Shown one piece after another: positions 1 through 12,867 of a DNA stretch of 64,000 nt. This stretch comes from Antedon mediterranea (lineage: Eukaryota; Animalia; Echinodermata). The notes beneath the pieces were generated by a model that worked only from the letters and a program-made list of their open reading frames with translations, was not told where the DNA came from and made no database searches. Made by a program: the position numbers and the translations under genes. The stretch lies in NCBI RefSeq assembly GCF_964355755.1, contig NC_092670.1, positions 24,476,795 to 24,540,794 on the forward strand, in the 5' to 3' direction. Within the stretch, counting starts at the first letter, position 1. The number at the start of each line of letters is the position of its first letter.

Positions 1-75
1 AAATTTTAATAACTGCAGAATATTTTTAATTTTTAATCATTCATTGTTTTAATACAACTTTACTATAAAGTTCAT

Positions 76-683
76 CTACATGGTCATAAACATTATGACT
101 ACAGTATATGGTTGAGCTATTGTTATAAAAACTACATGGTCATAAACTTGACTACAGTATATGGTTGAGCTACTGTTATAAAAACTACACGGTCATAAAC
201 ATTATGACTACAGTATATGGTTGAGCTATTGTTATATAAACTACATGGTCATAAACTTTATGACTACAGTATATGGTTGAGCTATTGTTATATAAACTAC
301 ATGGTCATAAACTTTATGACTACAGTATATGGTTGAGCTATTGTTATACAAACTACATGGTCATAAACATTATGACTACAGTATATGGTTGAGCTATTGT
401 TATATAAACTACATGGTCATAAACTTTATGACTACAGTATATGGTTGAGCTATTGTTATATAAACTACATGGTCATAAACTTTATGACTACAGTATATTG
501 TTGAGCTACTGTTATACAAACTACATGGTCATAAACTTTATGACTACAGTATATTGTTGAGCTACTGTTATACAAACTAGATGGTCATAAACTTTATGAC
601 TACAGTATATGGTTGAGCTATTGTTATATAAACTACATGGTCATAAACTTGACTACAGTATATGGTTGAGCTACTGTTATATA
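76..683. repeat. Tandem array of ~11 x 56-bp units, each carrying the palindrome GTCATAAA-C-TTTATGAC; candidate subterminal repeat
   Basis: Unit CTACATGGTCATAAACTTTATGACTACAGTATATGGTTGAGCTATTGTTATATAAA starts at 76, 132, 185, 241, 297, 353, 409, 465, 521, 577, 633. Two units carry a 3-bp deletion. Confidence 0.95.
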
Positions 684-796
684 CAATTATGAAATTGGTT
701 GAAAATTAAATAATTTTTTTTAGATTCATTATACATGTAAAATTCCATTAATGTGCACCCTATTGTGACAACCAGTGAGTTGTAAAACTCCCTGCA

Positions 797-3700
797 TTAA
801 CTTTCATTTAAAAAGTCATCTCTTAATTCTTTTAATTTAACAATAACATTGGTAGGCAATCTACTAGTTGGTGTTAAATTAAATATACTTATCACCTCCT
901 CCTTCGATATTATTTCTCGCCATTCTTGTCCATCTTTTTCACACAGAACAAACCGGGAAGTATACGTTCCAGTGTACCACACTACTTCTACCTCATTGTT
1001 ATTTATGCTGAATATTTTGCCTATCTGAGGCCATTCTGTGGGATATCTCCTTAAAGCTGTTGCTACCATAGCACCAACATCGAGTTGCTGTGGTGGCTTA
1101 CGCTTCGAAAATTTACCAATGTGTACCTAGTAGTGTGGGAGAAAGCATAGAAAAGTCATAATCATTTTTCTTACAACCCTAAAAATATAGAATTTTCGTT
1201 GATGCATTTGCTTGATGCAATTATGAGATCATATATCCCAAATATAAGCACTGCTTTAAACTATGTTGCATTACATGTTTCAAAGATGTAATTTTGAAAA
1301 TCTATAATATCTTTATCATACCGGTCTTATTTCATTTTCATTATCCGAGTCACTAATGTCTGTCTCGTTTCCATCAGATTCCTCCCTCATAGGGCTTGCA
1401 TTGTTGTCATTAAAAATGATGTCATGGAGCAAAAATCCCTGTTCATTTCCTAAAAAAAAAGAGTACGTATTAGTTTTAAAAAGTAAATAATATACATTCA
1501 TACAAAATATCATGATATATTTATGCTGAGGTGTTTGTTGCATAAAAGCTGGGCCAATACATTGCGCACCATGCTAATCAGATGCTGATTGATTGATTTT
1601 ATCTTATGAATTAATCAGGAGGCATGTTTCTCTAGTGTACTCCACTAGATATCGTTCATGTTATTTGATAATTTTAGGTTCTCACATAAAATGATCAGTG
1701 GAAGCATGCATTGGTGAATGTGACCCAACATAGTTGTGTGGAGTAAATAGTTGAATTTTGTTATAGCTGCTGAATCTATACTAAAATCAAAATTCTCTTG
1801 CTAACCAAAAAATATATGTGTAAAATGGTGAAACATCACACATGCAATGTAGTACAGTACATACCTTCTGTGATCTCTTCTATATTATTTAAAAATTCCT
1901 CCCACCAGTCACGTTCTTCTATTCGCAAAAAATTTGCAACAGACGCCAGACTTTTTTTTAACTTTGGTATATCTGCATTACTAAAATCAGGAGTACACAA
2001 CACTGGTATATCAGCAGGGCTTTCCTTGAGCAAATATGGAAGTGTGTCCATTTCTCTTGCACATTCACACCAAGTACAATCCGTTGACCAGTTCTTATAG
2101 GACATGATGCATTTTCCGGTTTGAGCCAAAACAAACTTAAACTGGTGTGGTTTGCTGTGGTAACGTATGTCTTGCATGTATGGTACTAACCAGTTCTTAA
2201 TGTCATGCAGATAGGAAATGATACTTGATGTAATCGGCAACTTTTTGTACGAGTTTTCAACAGCACTTCGAAGATGATCAAGTGTAGATGCTCTATATTT
2301 GTTCAGGTATTTGGCCACACATGAAAATAATTGGTCAATATCCTCGTGAGTGTGACCCACCATTAAAAACCCAATCTTTATCTGAAAGAGTAAAAGAAGT
2401 AATGATTTAAAATTAAAACTTTTCAAAGCAAAATAAAAAAAATACATTTTTAGTATATTTCCATTTTTTCCTCATCTAGTTAGACTAGAATGTTATTGAA
2501 TATTTTATGTCTTAATAGATAATTACCAATAGTAAATTAATTACTGTCCTATTAGGCTGGTGGAAATCACCCAACACAGGGGATATTTTGTGGTGAACGA
2601 GAACAGGGTAAATGAATGATGAACTGGGTTCTTTAAAGTGCACTGTGTATACTGTTTTATTATTTATATATCATTTATAAATGTATAGTCATTTACCTTT
2701 CGAAAAATCTTTAACTCTACAAGAAGAGCACATAGGGCAAAAACAAATCTGTTTTTATTATCCTTTCCGCTATTGTCCAACTGCAGATATAAGACTGGTG
2801 GTAGAGGTTGTATCTCTGACAGCACCGTCAGCATAATGTTGCAGGTTAGGTTTGAGTCATGTGGAAACTGCTTTAGGTCAATGAAGCAGTGCCCATGTCG
2901 CCCATGTACCAGAACACCAGTTACATGTGTGGCTAGTTTCCACATCTTCGACGTTTCTTTTGATTCGCAAGCAAAAGATGGTAAATCAGTCTTGCTTTGG
3001 TCCATTCCATCGATAATTATTGACAAATACTTGTTGGGATTCTGTCTTGCTTTCTGCATATGTTTATAGTACTTTCGACGTTCAATACTGAAAAATTAAA
3101 ATCATATGTTTATAGTTTTATTTTGCATTTAATAATAAATTTTTGTTTTGTTTAGTTATATGTTATCTATTAGCCGATGACAAGATGAGACAATGCTTTA
3201 CTTCTAATCTATTAAAATTATTGATTAAATGTAGAGGTTTTTTGTATAATAATGATTTTGTTTATCTTTTCTCTTTTTTTGTTTACAACCACTTTTATTC
3301 ATTCATTGTTCATACACAATAATTATTTTCATTTTCTACCATTTTTCCCCGTTATTTTCTGTTTTATTTCAATCACTCTTAATTTTATTAAGTTAGAATT
3401 ATTTTTAAAAACACTAATAATACTATAGAGGAGGTATACAGTGGAAGCAATAATTATTTTTCCTATCTATGGTAATACCGGGTATACAAGTTCAACAGAA
3501 TTTCTTGTTGAAAGGTTTAAACTACTGGTTTTGTACACAAAATAGGTAGGCATACTTACTTTTGTTTTCGTAAATGCTTCTCTCTCTTCATCATTAGTAT
3601 TTGCCGTTTTTGCTTTTGATTTGTCTTGTGCAGCTCAAATTTTATTCTGGTGCATTTGCTGCATTTTGCAAAACGATTTTCCTATTAAAAAAAATTGAAA

Positions 3701-6700
3701 AAATACAGCACGTAAAAATATAAAATTAAACAAATTTTGCATTCAATATAGTGAATGTAGGGAAGGAGTTGTGAGGCCCATCATAAATGCATCTGGATTG
3801 TACAGTATGTTTTTCCAGTATTTTATTATGAATGAAAATTGAACCTACAGGACTTTCTGCATAACATTGAAGTGAATTTATAAAAATAAGTTAAAAAATA
3901 CTTCAGTCAATGAAGATGACATGGATTTTGTCCATTGGTACAAACCATAATAAGTGTAAAAACGTAAACATACCTCAGGTATTACAATATGCTTGAATTC
4001 AACACACCAAAACTTGTAGAATGTCGCTAATGCACACACATCTTCATTTCTTAGCTCAAACTCATCTTTCATATGCATGTACACATCATGTTTGGTAAGC
4101 GTTGATGGTAGATGGATTTGTCCATTAGTTGGCATTTGATCACCGTATTCATTACAAAATTTAATAAACCAAGCCCGACACTGTTGAGTTGAATTGCTAT
4201 ATACCATCTTTCTGGTGAAGTTGGGTGGTAAAAGATAACAGCATCCTTCTGAAAAGAAATAAAATGTAAATTTCAAATATTAGGAATTTCAAATACTGTA
4301 CTATTTTATTATTGTTTGGTTTAATCCATTGATTAATGACTTATGATCATTTTGCATTATCTTTCTAACATAGTGTTAAGCATATTAATTTTATTGTGTA
4401 AAAATAATTAAACAATAATCAAATGCATTCTATTCATTTAAAAAAAAGTTATTCTCCACTCCTCGTCAGATCCTGCCTATGTCCCTGTATAATACGACTA
4501 TAAGTATAATGGAAAGTAATCTTCACACAGTCACAGTAATCTTTCCGTTTCAGCAACATTAAAACACATACATTAAAAGTAATATTAACAGCATGTAAAA
4601 TTAAATAATGTAAAATGTACTGTAAAACTAAACAATTAATTACCAATAGCTTGCTTCCTTATTTTGTAAAAAGTTGACCGGCCAATACCATTTACTAACA
4701 TCCATGCTTTTGCACAAACTTTGTTAGCACCAACTAGTAGACAGATTTTGGTGGCACCTCCGGATGTGCTGAGATGTTCATTGAAATATTTAAGGATCCA
4801 ACAGCGTTGTTCATATTCGGTCATTGCTTGAAATGCTTCCCTTGTCTGTTTTATTTCTCTAAAATTTAGCATACCAATGCACATTAATGCACAACAGCAG
4901 GTCAAATACAAGTTGTGTATTGGCTGTAGGTGATTCCTTTTCCTTTTTTCTACAGAAAGAATAAACTTACATTATCCATTGGCAAAAAAAACAAACAAAC
5001 AAAATAACAATTATATGGTACCAATTGCGGAAAATGTGATCAGTCAATACGGTTTCAGAAGTTTTGGAGGTTACGTAAAACTAGGTGACTAATTCGCATT
5101 AATATATAGATACTTTTAATTCTTTGACAAACAATTTTTTTTTCGGTTCAGATAATTCAATTTCAATTTTCGAGTGTTCAATTACAGGTTGCATGGATGT
5201 CACCAGCTTTTTGGAGTGCCGGTCGGCAAATTTTCGGGGGGGGAGGGGGGGTAACCCCGGGCATCCCCCCCCCCCCCCGGGGTTTGTCGTTATTTCAGCG
5301 AAACATAAAGAATTATGAAAATAAATAACAACAAATTGCGTCAGGTCTAGGCCTAACCTTGTACCACCGGGGAGTCGCCGTTATTATTCGAGAAAACAAA
5401 AAAACGCTCACGAAATGAATAGCAATAGATCGCGTCAGGCTTAGGACTAGCCTTGTAGACACTACGACCACTAGGCCTAGCCAAGGCTTAGATAGATGCC
5501 CCCAAAACCCTAAATCTGAATTCCACAAAAACGGACCCTTCTTTATTTAGGCCTAATCCCTAATCAAATAATGTAGATAAATTATTAGCCTAGACCTTAC
5601 TACTTGTTGCTCAATATAATGTTCGTGTTCTTTTGCGCGAGAGTTTTTTAGCGTATTCGCGAATTTTTTGTTTCACAACTGTGCGGCTAGCATGTATGTG
5701 TAGTGCATGGCCGGCAAGAACAGAGACACGTGTTTATGGGTTAACTGAAGTTCAGCAACCTGAAGTTATCCCAGGGACGTGTAATTGTACCATGCTCGGC
5801 GATCATAAACGAACGAACTTGCCCGGTCTCACTGAACCATGCGCATGTTTTTTTATTTTTTTTAATAGTTCGTAGAGTACAAAAATGTAAAACTAGTAAC
5901 ATAATATAATTAAAGCAGGGTGACAAAACATTCAGCAATTAAAAATGATTTTGTTTGGGTCTATGTAGTTGTACATTTTTAATTACTGCGTACTTGTTTG
6001 TATTTTTAATCTGTGCAAAATAAAACGCTTGAATGGTCGCTATGTGAACTTTAAACTTGTACACTGTGCTGTGTAGAGCACGTTGTTCGCCATGACTCAC
6101 AAGCTGTAACAATGAATACCAGGGCAGGGTAGGCCTGGTATTGTGTTACAAATAAAGTAACGTACGTAACCACGGAAACATTTGCTGTAGTCTTTTGTCT
6201 TATCTATATGAGGCTAGCTTGTCTGTTATTAACGATGTGCTAGGTAAAATGTTTTAGTACGAATTTTAGTTAGGCATAGGCCTAATATAAATATCGTAAT
6301 GATTAATAAATAATAGTGGTGGTCGGCAGCCTGTAAATCCTGGTCGGAAATGTTGAGTGCTGGTCGGGGCCGACCAGCGCCGACCAGCGTGGTGACATCC
6401 CTGAGGTTGTGCAGGTGCCTTGTTCATTGGACAGTCCTACCTATTTACATACCATACAGACATAACATTAGAACCTGACCATAGAATCAGACACAAATGG
6501 AAACAACCAGCAATTTCCATATCTTTTAGGTACAGCACAACCATCAACATCAAGCACTATTTAATAAAAGTAGTTTTAAAAATTAATGACATATCAAACT
6601 TACCACTACGCTTACTTGTGTGATTAGAGATTTTAATCTCATCATCACTTGATCCAGATGAATTAAGGTAATTAGTTTCTACAGTCTCTAGGCCTCCTGT

Positions 6701-7067
6701 ATTTCTCTTGCAGGCTAAATAAAAATATAGTAGTTTAATATTTATAGCAGCCTATGCAACATACATGTACAGTAATTCTTCATTTGGGGTAACTGGTGAT
6801 TGATAGCAGACATTTTCAAATTTTGGATAGTGGAAGATAATATTTTGATCCAGGAGCTATAGGCTTTATGGGAGGTTATTACCATTTATCCTTTTTTTTT
6901 CACCATTATTCTCATCGTTATTAATAATGAGGTTTTTGTTGTATTTTGTTATTTCTGAAGAATGCACCTTTGTAATTATTAAGTATGCTAATGATTTAAA
7001 GGTGTAGTAGGGAAGTAAATCTAAATAAATAAACTAGCCTCTATAGAGGATACTAATATCTACTGGC

Positions 7068-7108
<41 letters not shown>

Positions 7109-9235
7109 TTATTAGGCTGGCTGCTTAAAAGGTAATTCCCTACCCAAGCCTAGATGAAGTTTTGTATAAAGTTGGTAGGAGCCCTACTAAGAAAGGTTAG
7201 CAAAAGATCATGGTTAATGTTATTGCTACTGACCTGCTGATATGTCATCATCGGAAGTATCGACATCGGAAGTATCGACATCTGTTGTAGAAACCTCCCA
7301 TGCTTTTCTCTCTGCTGCTGGAGGGACTTTGGTAGTTGTTACTAGACAAACAGAGTCTATGTTGTAATCAGAAAATGTGCAATTTAAACTATTATCATAG
7401 AAATAATTAGATACATTTATTGTTTAAAAGGGACTGCTAATTTCAATTTTTTATTTTATGATTCCAGATCAATTATTTATTTTACATATCAAAATAATTT
7501 CTTTTTTTTCCAGTAAAAAACCCTTGCCAAGGGGACATTATTTTGTTCCTGAAGCCTTAATAGGGGTTATACTGAACGTAACTAGAGGTGGTCCAGTGAA
7601 ATAGAAAACGTTAACAATGCAAACTTCTTTGTTAAGAACAATCTCAACGCACACAATTGTGTTATAAGTACGGAAAGGTAAATCAACAAAAAAAAAACTA
7701 TACTCAACGATAAATGTCCCAATCGAATACGACATTGCTACCTCCCAGATCGGGCCCATAAAAACATAGGGATAGGCCTAGAGGCGGCCTCTACTCTAAC
7801 CTAGTAAATAACTACATAACATGTCATTGTATTGTTAAAGTTACTGACCTGCTGACTCTGTCGGTATGTCATCATCAGAAGTATCGACATCTGTTGTAGA
7901 AACCTCCCATGCTTTTCTCTTTGCTGCTGGAGGAACTTCGGTAGTCGAAATCCCAGTAGGTGACCCTTCTGTATCATCAACAGCAGAACATCCATTATTG
8001 ATTGATTGAATTGAACCGTTCCCACGTACAATTAGGCCTACTTCATCATCTTCACTTGAAGAATAGTAAAGCATACGCTCAGTTGGATAAGCAGTGCTGT
8101 GTGTTGTTGTACTTGACAAACAGATTCTGTATCGTAATCAGAAAATTTGCAATTTGATTAAATTATTATCATACATAATTAATTAGATATTAAATCAAGA
8201 ATGATTCCACCAAAATTTTGAGTTAAAATAACGATAGTGAAGCATATGAATAGGCAAACTGCCTAAAAATTGACATGTTTTTAGAAACTATTCTCATCTT
8301 CCACCAGAACAGAAAACAACGCCTAGGCTTAGAGTACTTATATACCAATAGGACAGGGTGTATGTAAATGAGGAAGTAATTAGCATGATAAAACAACAAG
8401 GAATGTAGGCAACAAACAATCATATGGCAAGCGTGACGCCTATTCATCAAATGCCTCACTATCGTTATTTTAAATAATTAATTATATGCCACACATCGTA
8501 AAACATTATTGAAAATGTGTATGTTTGATCTCTTCTTTGGGACACCCTTTCCCACAAACAAGTGGATATAGGCCTATTAAGGGGGCCGGCACACATTTTG
8601 AGTGTAGGCCTACCTGGCAAATGGTTGATTACCCCTATTAAGTTTTTTCTATCCCAAACACAGTACAGTACTACATACTAAAATTCCCATATGAATAGGC
8701 CTAGGCTAGAGCCTATCTCTAGCTAGGCTTAGTAATAAGTAATATTTACTAGGCCCAGGCCTAGTACTAGGCCTAGTAGTAGTAAATAACTAGGCCTCTA
8801 GGCCTACCTAGGTATGAACATTCAATTCATTGTTGTAGGCTAGCCGCTAGGCCTATTGTATTGTTACTCACCTGCTGCTGCTGACTCTGTCTGTAGGCCT
8901 ATGTCATCATCAGAAGTATCGAAATATGTTGAAGAAACCTCCCATGCTTTTCTCTTTGCTGCTGGAAGAACTTCGGTAGTCGGAAGAACTTCGGTAGTCG
9001 AAATCCCAGTAGGCGACCCTTCTGTATCATCTACTCCTAGGACTAGGCCTAGGCCTAGGCCTTCTTCATCGTCTTCACTTGAAGAATAGTATAGCATACG
9101 CTCAGCAGTTGGAACAGGGTGTTCTGTCGTGCCATCATCAGAAAATGTGATATTCATAATGTTATTATCGTAGAAATATGCATCGTCTTCGCTTGAGTAT
9201 TGAAGCATTAGCTCAGAGTCGCTTATCATGTTCAT
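797..9235 (-). CDS. Multi-exon Sola1/DUF7869-like DD(D/E) transposase-like protein (~843 aa)
   Basis: Phase-consistent GT-AG exons 9235-8872, 6714-6616, 4949-4644, 4248-3974, 3681-3560, 3087-2697, 2381-1865, 1449-1322, 1126-797 join without stops. Motifs: CCC..C..VCAKAW, RFAKCSKC, SIIIDGMDQSKT, LYLQLDNSGKDNKN, FLMVGHTHEDIDQLFS, and a C-terminal PQIGKI..EVEVVWYTGTY domain. The two 5'-most exons are less certain. Confidence 0.85.
5192..6403. mobile_element. Non-autonomous hAT-like element in a transposase intron
   Basis: Terminal inverted repeats CATGGATGTCACCA / TGGTGACATCCCTG, flanked on both sides by AGGTTG (partial TSD). CGACCAG subterminal repeats; no coding capacity. Confidence 0.6.
7067..7108. 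repeat. (TAG)n microsatellite
   Basis: About 13 perfect TAG units. Confidence 0.95.
7233..9180 (-). repeat. Three diverged tandem copies of an acidic exon-like module (..PAAKRKAWEVS..DTSDDDI..SAG|GT)
   Basis: Copies at ~7233-7400, ~7848-8180 and 8872-9180 share sequence and each ends in a phase-1 donor CAG|GT(C/G)AGT. Confidence 0.85.
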
Positions 9236-9389
9236 GATTTAACAAATTGATAAAAGAAATGAACAATATACGGTTTTATGTTCATTTAACCGTCATTCGC
9301 ATCTAATCTTTGGAAAAAGCGCGAACGAATTTGATTGGCTGCTGATCAACGTTATATTTCATGTGACGTCGTCAACGTCCAATGCAATT

Positions 9390-9637
9390 GGAGCTGTGGC
9401 TTGGTGGTTATGATGCTTGGCTACCAATCTAATGGGTCCTGGGTTCAAGTCCTGTCATATGTCAGGGTTTTTTTCTCATGACAATTTACAACTCCACTCC
9501 CAAAGACTTAATAATAAGTCTTTGTTTATGTAGAGCATCTTGTGTATATGTTTGTCTTGTGAAATTATTAAATAGTTTATCCATCCTGTAATTGGCGGGT
9601 TACTCGCTGTTGGACGAGTATGAAATAAAATAAAAAA
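9390..9637 (+). mobile_element. tRNA-derived SINE with LINE-like 3' tail
   Basis: A box TGGCTTGGTGG (~9397), B box GGTTCAAGTCC (~9442), A-rich end (GAAATAAAATAAAAAA). The 3' part resembles the LINE tail at ~33598-33650. Confidence 0.7.
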
Positions 9638-10619
9638 TTACAATACTGTACTTTATTCATTTTAAAACAAACTGAAATTGTCCACTTTTCCATTACTGAA
9701 ACTGATTTAGGATCAACCTGAGTTTTCGGCATGTATTGAATATAGGACTATTCCATTATTATTTATAGGGGTGTTAGTCAATATGTTGGGTTGGGTGTGC
9801 CAGGCTTGATGAGGCTTCTATTGTTCGTGTCATTGTGCCAATTGTTTTGTATTTCACTGTGTTTGATAAAAACAAACAAAAAACTGCTGCTATAGTTAGC
9901 CTATGTGTCTGTAAATTATATCGTATTTTACACTATATTTATATAGCCTATAGGCCCTAACATGTTTTTTACCGTCAACAGTTAAATCATATCATGTTTT
10001 ATTTTACATTTCATGTAATATTATTATATGTTTTTTTTTCTCAACAGCCGAATCAAGTTATATAGCCTCTTACAAATAACAAGAAAAAATACATTCAAAC
10101 GTTATTCACAATAAGGAGAAAACATATACAACTTATTTAATTTATGTTTTAATTTATATAAATCCAAAGGAAAATTAATGAAACAACGACAATGATGTGG
10201 GTATCAGTGGCTGGATCTCAATAGAGATACAAAAAAAAAAGCGAAAAGCTAAATCAAAACGATAAAGTAAAACAGCCAGAAAAACAATTTATATAAATAC
10301 ATCCATGTTTGTTTTTTTCTCAACAGTTTATGACTTTAACAAATTCAGTACACTTAAAGGCATAAGATTAAGCAAAACATACATTGTGTAACATATTTAA
10401 TTTAAGGTATATATGTTTTATTTCATCGACCCAGTTTTAAGTGTTATTTAGTAGTGTCATGTTTGGTTCAACTCAATGAGTTAGCAATGTTCGTGAGGTT
10501 CTCTCTCCAGCTGATCCTGACACAAAAACTAAAATAGTCAGAAATAAAATTGCAGAACTTTCTCTCATGCAACACACACTAACCCTTCCCCGGACCCCAG
10601 TACAGGATATATAGGGCCT

Positions 10620-11130
10620 ACACTGTTAAAAAAATTCTTATAAAAAAACTGTAAATTACTGGCAATCTGAACGCCAGTAATTTACCGTAATGTAGAATTA
10701 CAGGTACTGTTGAAAATAAATTACTATAAAACTACAGTAAATTACTGTTGGTCATAAAGTCGGTTGTCTACCGTAATGTAGAATCACAGGTACTGTTGAA
10801 AATAAATTACTGTAAAACTACAAATTACTGTTAACTTGAAAGTCGGATGTCAACTATAACGTAAAATCACAGGTACCGTTTCTAATAAATTACTACAGTA
10901 TAATTACTGTTAATCTGAAAGTCTGTTTGTCAACAATAACGTAAAATCACGGGTACCATAAAACTACGTAAAATTACTGTCGATTTCAAAGGAAGTGGTC
11001 TACCATTAATGTAGAATAATGTTGATAAATAACTGTAAAACTACATTAAAATTACTGTCGATTTCAATGGTCAATGGTAATGTAAAATCACAGGTACCGT
11101 TATTAATAAATTACTGTAAAAGATTCAGTG
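10620..11130. repeat. Degenerate AAATTACTG-rich tandem repeat starting CACTGTTAAAA (second copy 12030-12540)
   Basis: Recurrent AAATTACTGT / AAATCACAGGTAC / GTAATGTAGAAT units at a ~60-80 bp period. Confidence 0.75.
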
Positions 11131-11600
11131 AATTCCAACCAAATAAAATATTACAAAAATATAAGTACCATACAAACAAAATAAATACATGCCAATAATC
11201 TTATTTCATGCCTTATATTAAAATGACCATCACATAAATGGAAGGTTTATTCCAGAGTACAGGACCTGGATGTGGTAGATGGACACTTAACAATGAGAAT
11301 TATATCGTCGGCCAAGAATGAGTCTTTTTATCAATAAAAAATATTAATCTCTTTCTCTTTGAAATCTTTTGTAAGTTCATTTATATATAATATTAACAGA
11401 ATTAGAAAGAGAGAGACAGCCTTTGTGGGTTTAAAAAAATGGATAATTTTCAATATAAATCCAAATTACTGAAAAAAAGACAATGTTGTGGTTATCAGTG
11501 TGGCTGTGGGTATCAGTGGCTTGATCTTAATAAAGATACAAAATAATATAAATAAAAAGCTAAATCTAAACGATACAATTTAAACAACTAGACAAAATTA

Positions 11601-11655
11601 GCAGAGCTTTCGGGCAAAACTAGCCCTTCATCAGTGTGTAGAAATCAAGCGCTGC
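11601..11655 (-). ncRNA. Hammerhead ribozyme-like motif of a Penelope-like element remnant
   Basis: Minus strand reads GCAGCGCTT..ACA-CTGATGA-AGGGC-TAGTTTT-GCCC-GAAA-GCTCTGC: both catalytic boxes, stem II and a near-perfect stem III. Confidence 0.65.
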
Positions 11656-12659
11656 CTGAGTGGACTGGAATAAAAGAAATAAAACAAAAGAGGCATAATG
11701 CTGGTGAAAAGAGTGAGATTAGAAAACAATAAAGATAGCTTGGTATATATAAACAATTTAGAAATTGAATTAAAAATCAACTCAAATGGTGGTTAATATT
11801 GAAACATTAAATTTAGGTAGTCGATGGAATAATTTTACCGATCTGGGAATATGTTCCTAATGTTAAGTCAAAATATTTCGTGGTTTTAAGTAGTAATTCC
11901 AAGTGGTTTTCATGGTTCTCTCTCCAGCTGATCCTGACACAAAAACTAAAATAGTCAGAAATAAAATTGCAGAACTTTCTCTCATGCAACACACACTAAC
12001 CCTTCCCCAGTACAGGATATATAGGGCCTACACTGTTAAAAAAATTCTTATAAAAAAACTGTAAATTACTGGCAATCTGGACGCCAGTAATTTACCGTAA
12101 TGTAGAATTACAGGTACTGTTGAAAATAAATTACTGTAAAACTACAGTAAATTACTGTTGGTCATAAAGTCGGTTGTCTACCGTAATGTAGAATCACAGG
12201 TATTGTTGAAAATAAATTACTGTAAAACTACAAATTACTGTTAACTTGAAAGTCGGATGTCAACTATAACGTAAAATCACAGGTACCGTTTCTAATAAAT
12301 TACTACAGTATAATTACTGTTAATCTGAAAGTCTGTTTGTCAACAATAACGTAAAATCACGGGTACCATAAAACTACGTAAAATTACTGTCGATTTCAAA
12401 GGAAGTGGTCTACCATTAATGTAGAATAATGTTGATAAATAACTGTAAAACTACATTAAAATTACTGTCGATTTCAATGGTCAATGGTAATGTAAAATCA
12501 CAGGTACCGTTATTAATAAATTACTGTAAAAGATTCAGTGAATTCCAACCAAACAAAATATTACAAAAATATAAATACCATACAAACAAAATAAATACAT
12601 GCCAATAATCTTATTTCATGCCTTATATTAAAATGACCATCAAATAAATGGAAGGTTTA

Positions 12660-12867
12660 TTCCAGAGTACAGGACCTGGATGTGGTAGATGGACACTTAA
12701 CAGTAAACCACAGTAAGAATGTTGTTGATCCAATAACAGGAGTCCACACTCAAAACATAGAATCCTACTGGAATCGTGAAAAATTAAAGTTAAAAAGAAT
12801 AGGTGTAAACGGGAATGGTTACCGGAATACCTTGACGAATTTATGTGGCGAGAAAGATATGGCATAA
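12660..12867 (+). pseudogene. Merlin/ISXO2-like transposase C-terminal fragment
   Basis: HLTVNHSKNVVDPITGVHTQNIESYW followed, after a frameshift, by YLDEFMWRERY, the typical ISXO2-family C-terminal signature. Confidence 0.85.

Noticed and set aside
76-683. CRISPR-like array of palindromic repeats
   Set aside because: The sequence between palindromes is repeated rather than unique spacers, there are no cas genes, and the context is eukaryotic.
1798-3069. Plus-strand ORFs 1798-2100 and 2773-3069
   Set aside because: Antisense shadows of transposase exons with no recognisable motifs.
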